NCBI GenBank assembly: GCA_021733945.1
Contig: JAIPJX010000008.1
Span: 12,975 to 76,974, forward strand
Direction: 5' to 3'
Source: Verrucomicrobiota bacterium
Lineage (GTDB): Bacteria; Verrucomicrobiota; Verrucomicrobiia; Limisphaerales; SIBE01
Length of the DNA stretch: 64,000 nucleotides
The position numbers were made by a program, and so were the translations under genes. This document shows, in pieces, positions 60,754-64,000 of this stretch. Under the pieces are notes generated by a model. The model had not been told where the DNA came from. It made no database searches and saw only the letters and a program-made list of their open reading frames with translations. Position 1 is the first letter of the stretch; each line of letters starts with the position of its first letter.

Positions 60754-61675
60754 TAATTACCCTTCCTTGAAATTCCTTGCGTGTTTTCGGGTTTCTGGCG
60801 CGGATCATGTCGCCCGGAGCCCCGTCTTCGAGGGCTTCAACTCTGGCACTGATCGACATCGTTCCGGATTGAACGACGGCGCGGACGAGCTGCATCCGCT
60901 TGATGACCGGTCGGGGGCGAACCGCGCGATCGAACACCACGGCTCCGGCGGGAACGCCTTCCACAAAATGAAACGAAGGGTCCAGAGCGATTTCGGTCCA
61001 GGCGGGCACCCGCAGATTGATGATATCCCTGGGTTCCCGCACGAGATCCGCTTCATCAACCGGAGTGCCGCGACGGATGGTTGATTGCGCCACCCAGACG
61101 TCGCGAATGAGATTGGCTTCGAGAAAGGCCGAATAGGTTCCGACAGATTCCTCCTCGGATTTGAGCTGGAACCGCACGGAGAATCGGGCGGCGAGTCCGG
61201 TCGCCGGTTTGTCCAGGATGACAAGCTGCACCTTGCCGACCGGAACCTGCACCGGAGACCAGCGGGTCAGGCGAACCGACAGGCGTCCATCCCGTTCAGG
61301 ATCTGAACCGGGCTGCAGGGCGGCCGTCAGAAGCTCCACCAGTTCGGCTTCGTCCAAATTGCGCGAGTGCCTCGAAATGGTGATGGACTCGGCGCCTGTA
61401 AAATTCTGCGTGGGCACCAGCGGGGCGGCTTTCGCAACGAGATCGATGACCTCGGCCCGGCTCCACTTGACAGTTTGGCCCCAGCGCGGTGCGGGTGCCA
61501 GATGGATGTTCGAGAAACCCTGATCGTCTGCGGAGGAGACGATTTCACTGAGAAAGATGCCGATGGATTCCACCGAGGCTTCGGGGCGCAGGGTGATCGG
61601 ACCCGCTTGAGCCGACAACACCGCAAGAAATACGGTGAACGTGGACCAAGCTCGGAATGTGCGGTTAAAAGCCAT
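60725..61675 (-). CDS. flgA: P-ring assembly chaperone FlgA
   Basis: 316 aa. Signal peptide, SAF/ChapFlgA-type C-terminus (...VIKRMQLVRAVVQSGTMSISARVEALEDGAPGDMIRARNPKTRKEFQGRVI). Confidence 0.75.
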   Translation of the reverse strand: MAFNRTFRAWSTFTVFLAVLSAQAGPITLRPEASVESIGIFLSEIVSSADDQGFSNIHLAPAPRWGQTVKWSRAEVIDLVAKAAPLVPTQNFTGAESITISRHSRNLDEAELVELLTAALQPGSDPERDGRLSVRLTRWSPVQVPVGKVQLVILDKPATGLAARFSVRFQLKSEEESVGTYSAFLEANLIRDVWVAQSTIRRGTPVDEADLVREPRDIINLRVPAWTEIALDPSFHFVEGVPAGAVVFDRAVRPRPVIKRMQLVRAVVQSGTMSISARVEALEDGAPGDMIRARNPKTRKEFQGRVINEDTIQVDL

Positions 61676-61679
61676 CCAA

Positions 61680-62462
61680 TTAGCGTCTCAAATTGTTGCT
61701 CTGTTGGAGCATTTCGTCCGCAGCCTGAATCGCCTTTGAGTTTACCTCATAAGCGCGCTGGGCGAGGATCAGTTTGACCATTTCCTCGACGACCTTGACG
61801 TTCGACATTTCCAGGAAGCCTTGGGAGAGCTCGCCGAAACCGTTTTCTCCCGGGTTGCCGGTTTCGGGGGCACCTGAAGCGAGACTCTCGCGGAAGAGGT
61901 TTCCTCCGACCGCCTGCAGGCCCGCCGGATTGTTGAACCGGGTCAGCTGCACCTGAAAATTGGTGACTCCGGCACTGCCGCTCAAACTCACGGCTCCGTT
62001 GGGAGCAATCGTGACGCCCGTCGTGCCTGGGGGCACGGGTTGGAAACCGCTCAAGACCGAAAGACCGTCACTGGTTGTGATTCGTCCGTCGGAAGCGACC
62101 TTGAAGGCACCGTCGCGGGTGTATGCCTGAGTGCCGTCCGGGAGTTGCACTTCGAAAAAACCGTCCCCTGCGATGGCAACGTCGAGTTTTTCACCCGTCT
62201 GCGTGACTTCACCGGTTGTGAAGATCCGGGAGGTGGCTACTGCCCTGGAACCGTGACCGATCTGGAGTCCTGTGGGGAGAGTGTTTCCGGCACCCTGCTC
62301 GGCACCGGCGGTGCGGGTGGTCTGGTAGAGCAGATCCTGGAACTCGATCTTGCTTTTCTTAAAACCCGTGGTGTTGACGTTCGCGAGGTTGTTCGCGATG
62401 ACATCCAGGTTCATCTGCTGCGACTGCATGCCGGTCGCGGAGGAAAAGAGTGCTCGTAACAT
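61680..62462 (-). CDS. flgG: distal rod protein FlgG
   Basis: 260 aa. MLRALFSSATGMQSQQMNLDVIANNLANVNTTGFKKSKIEFQDL... and ...VKVVEEMVKLILAQRAYEVNSKAIQAADEML. Confidence 0.9.
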   Translation of the reverse strand: MLRALFSSATGMQSQQMNLDVIANNLANVNTTGFKKSKIEFQDLLYQTTRTAGAEQGAGNTLPTGLQIGHGSRAVATSRIFTTGEVTQTGEKLDVAIAGDGFFEVQLPDGTQAYTRDGAFKVASDGRITTSDGLSVLSGFQPVPPGTTGVTIAPNGAVSLSGSAGVTNFQVQLTRFNNPAGLQAVGGNLFRESLASGAPETGNPGENGFGELSQGFLEMSNVKVVEEMVKLILAQRAYEVNSKAIQAADEMLQQSNNLRR

Positions 62463-62477
62463 GGTGAAAAAATCGGA

Positions 62478-63233
62478 CTACGTGGTGGAGGCAAGTTCCT
62501 GGATGGTCTTGCCCATGCGTTCGTCGGTGATCTGAATCACCTTCTGGTTTGCCTCGTAATGCCGCAGAGCCAGCATCAGGGTGCTCATTTCGGTCGAGGG
62601 CGTTGTATTGGAAGATTCCAAGTGGCCTTGGGCGACCGTCGTGTCCACTGCGGGAACCGGTTCCACGCCTTGTGGCGGCAGAAAATAGCCGTTGCCGACC
62701 CGGGTCAGGGTGGTTTGATCTTCAAATTCGAACAGGCTGAGTTGGCCTTTGATTTCCAGACCTTCACTCACGACACCGGCTGTGGAAACTGCGATGTTGT
62801 CCTTGTTCCTCGGGTTGACAACGATTGGTTGGCCACTTTCGGCTACCAATTCGTATCCATCCTTGTTCCGGATTTCGCCGTCGTTGGTCACTCCGAACTC
62901 GCCGTCACGGGTATAATAGATATTACCGTCGGGAAGCTTGACGGCGAAATACCCGGGCCCATCCAGAGCGAGGTCGGATGACGAGCCGCTTCCCTGCAGG
63001 GCACCGCGTGCGAAGTTTGTGGAAATCGTGGGGGCGGGCAGAAGTGAATGACTCTGCTGCATCGCGATCGTGTCCGATCCCGACCCGAGCAGACCCGCTT
63101 CGATCGAATGGAATGATATCTCGTTCTTCTTAAAAGCCGGTACCGAGCCAGCCGCCACATTCTCAGCAATCATCTGCTGCCACTGGATGTTGGCATCCAG
63201 TGCTGCTGCGGCTTGGTAAAGACTGACGTTCAT
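62478..63233 (-). CDS. flgF: proximal rod protein FlgF
   Basis: MNVSLYQAAAALDANIQWQQMIAENVAAGSVPAFKK... and ...EMSTLMLALRHYEANQKVIQ. ATG at 63231-63233 is preferred over the track's GTG 63263, which lies inside the promoter. Confidence 0.85.
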   Translation of the reverse strand: MNVSLYQAAAALDANIQWQQMIAENVAAGSVPAFKKNEISFHSIEAGLLGSGSDTIAMQQSHSLLPAPTISTNFARGALQGSGSSSDLALDGPGYFAVKLPDGNIYYTRDGEFGVTNDGEIRNKDGYELVAESGQPIVVNPRNKDNIAVSTAGVVSEGLEIKGQLSLFEFEDQTTLTRVGNGYFLPPQGVEPVPAVDTTVAQGHLESSNTTPSTEMSTLMLALRHYEANQKVIQITDERMGKTIQELASTT

Positions 63234-63246
63234 TCGGGACCTTCCG

Positions 63247-63262
63247 AGCACGCGGCGTGCCA
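63247..63262 (-). promoter_or_regulatory. sigma-54 (RpoN) -24/-12 promoter of the flgF operon
   Basis: The minus strand reads TGGCACGCCGCGTGCT: 11 of 12 defined consensus positions, and the same TGGCACG-N4-GTGCT form as at flgB. It ends 13 nt before the flgF ATG. Confidence 0.7.
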
Positions 63263-63539
63263 CTGGGAAGGGTTGGGGTCCGATCGGTCGGAATGTGCCT
63301 CGATAGGTTTTTTTTATGATTAGTATCGGTTAATTGAAAAAGTATAATTCCCTGGGGTGGAGCGGTTTTGGAAGAAGCGGGGGAGATCGGCTGGATTTAT
63401 TGGGAGTGTTTGTAAAACTCTGAAGGTGAACAGTATATGTCGATAAAGAGTCGCGTTCGATTTGAATGCGCTGCGATGGTGCGCCCGTTTTATGGGGGGA
63501 TGATCGAAATCGAAGAGTAGGAAGCTTAATGAAGAATGG

Positions 63540-64000
63540 TCATATCGGCTTTGATTGGGGAATAGCCGTGACTCCAGATCGATTTGCCTTTTCAAAAGCA
63601 GGTTCGACGTTTGGGTTCGGAAACAGGGGGGAGGTGGCAACTATTTCTCCCGTCGCAGAAAAAAGTGCCACGGGGGACGAAATGGATTTCGGAGGCGGAA
63701 AGAAATGCTGTCCGAGTCGGTTGGTGAAGGGAACTGCCAGCCGGACGAGTGCTAGGAATAAGCCTGCCAGAATGAGTTTCCGCTCTTTCCGTAGGCCTGT
63801 TGGATGAATTTAAGGCTGCTGATGGTCTTGTTGGATTCCTTCAGCTCCAGATCGGTTTCGGCAATCCGGGTGGTGAGCACGGTCTGATTTTGTTTCTCGA
63901 GGAGCATGAGTTCGGCGGTGGTCCGTTTGAGGCGTTGCCGTTCGGCTTCCTTGGCATCATCGGGCAGGGCCGGATTCTGAAAGAAGGTCGTCTCGGCGGC
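63540..64000 (-). CDS. 3' part of an unidentified gene running off the window (coiled-coil segment, then a hydrophobic helix)
   Basis: This is the only minus-strand frame without stops from 64000 down to TGA at 63540-63542. It reads ...AKEAERQRLKRTTAELMLLEKQNQTVLTTRIAETDLELKESNKTISSLKF...GKLILAGLFLALVRLAVPF... It is absent from the ORF track, apparently because it touches the window edge. Function unknown. Confidence 0.35.

Noticed and set aside
63649-63670. TGGCAC on the minus strand (+ strand GTGCCA at 63665-63670) with a TGC further on. Similar off-spacing or weak hits: TGGCAG at 258 and TGGCACG at 6204 inside fliI.
   Set aside because: GG-to-GC spacing is 11 rather than 10 nt (63665, 258), or the -12 region is only GC within coding sequence (6204). 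Sigma-54 spacing is strict.
63320-63807. Track ORFs 63320..63640 (-), 63466..63807 (+) and 63555..63755 (+).
   Set aside because: They have no features. The two + ORFs are antisense to the edge-truncated minus-strand frame that is open from 64000 to 63540, and the minus one spans the AT-rich promoter-upstream region in another frame. The apparent TAG at 63752-63754 is out of frame for the edge-truncated gene.

Overview
This window is one flagellar super-locus from a diderm (L/P-ring-encoding), moderately GC-rich bacterium. I cannot assign a taxon from the sequence alone. (1) 0.3-20.9 kb, plus strand: a 22-gene fla/che-style operon (flgB-flgC-fliE-fliF-fliG-fliH-fliI-fliJ-ylxF-like-fliK-flgD-flgE-fliL-fliM-fliN-fliO-fliP-fliQ-fliR-flhB-flhA-flhF) behind a good sigma-54 promoter. 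(2) 21.0-23.6 kb: fliW-csrA followed by two short flagellin paralogs (270 and 272 aa). (3) 23.8-55.6 kb: 19 co-directional genes forming a glycosylation island. It opens with a NusG/RfaH-type paralog and continues with nucleotide-sugar genes: a domain-swapped HldE-like enzyme, a split transketolase, a Zn-ADH, a HAD phosphatase, an APH-fold kinase, a 4,6-dehydratase-like SDR, two C-methyltransferases, a cupin and reductases. A sulfotransferase-like gene follows. The island ends in two multi-domain giants: a 1392-aa GT2-MT-MT-GT9-TPR protein and a ~3400-aa protein with five glycosyltransferase domains and more than 1000 aa of TPR. (4) 55.7-63.2 kb, minus strand: flgF-flgG-flgA-flgH-flgI-flgJ(rod-binding)-flgN-flgK-flgL behind a near-identical sigma-54 promoter, convergent with the island across a bidirectional terminator. 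I recognised no rRNA, tRNA, CRISPR array or IS element. The best candidate for a novel system is the flagellum-embedded, megasynthase-style protein-glycosylation machinery paired with minimal flagellins. Secondary points: C10 and G10 tracts in flhF, a 1007-aa FliK with an in-frame 12-bp tandem repeat, a FliM lacking the CheY-P docking peptide, near-leaderless sigma-54 geometry, and CsrA-type GGA elements. All functional calls come from reading the translated ORFs for family motifs. No database search was run.
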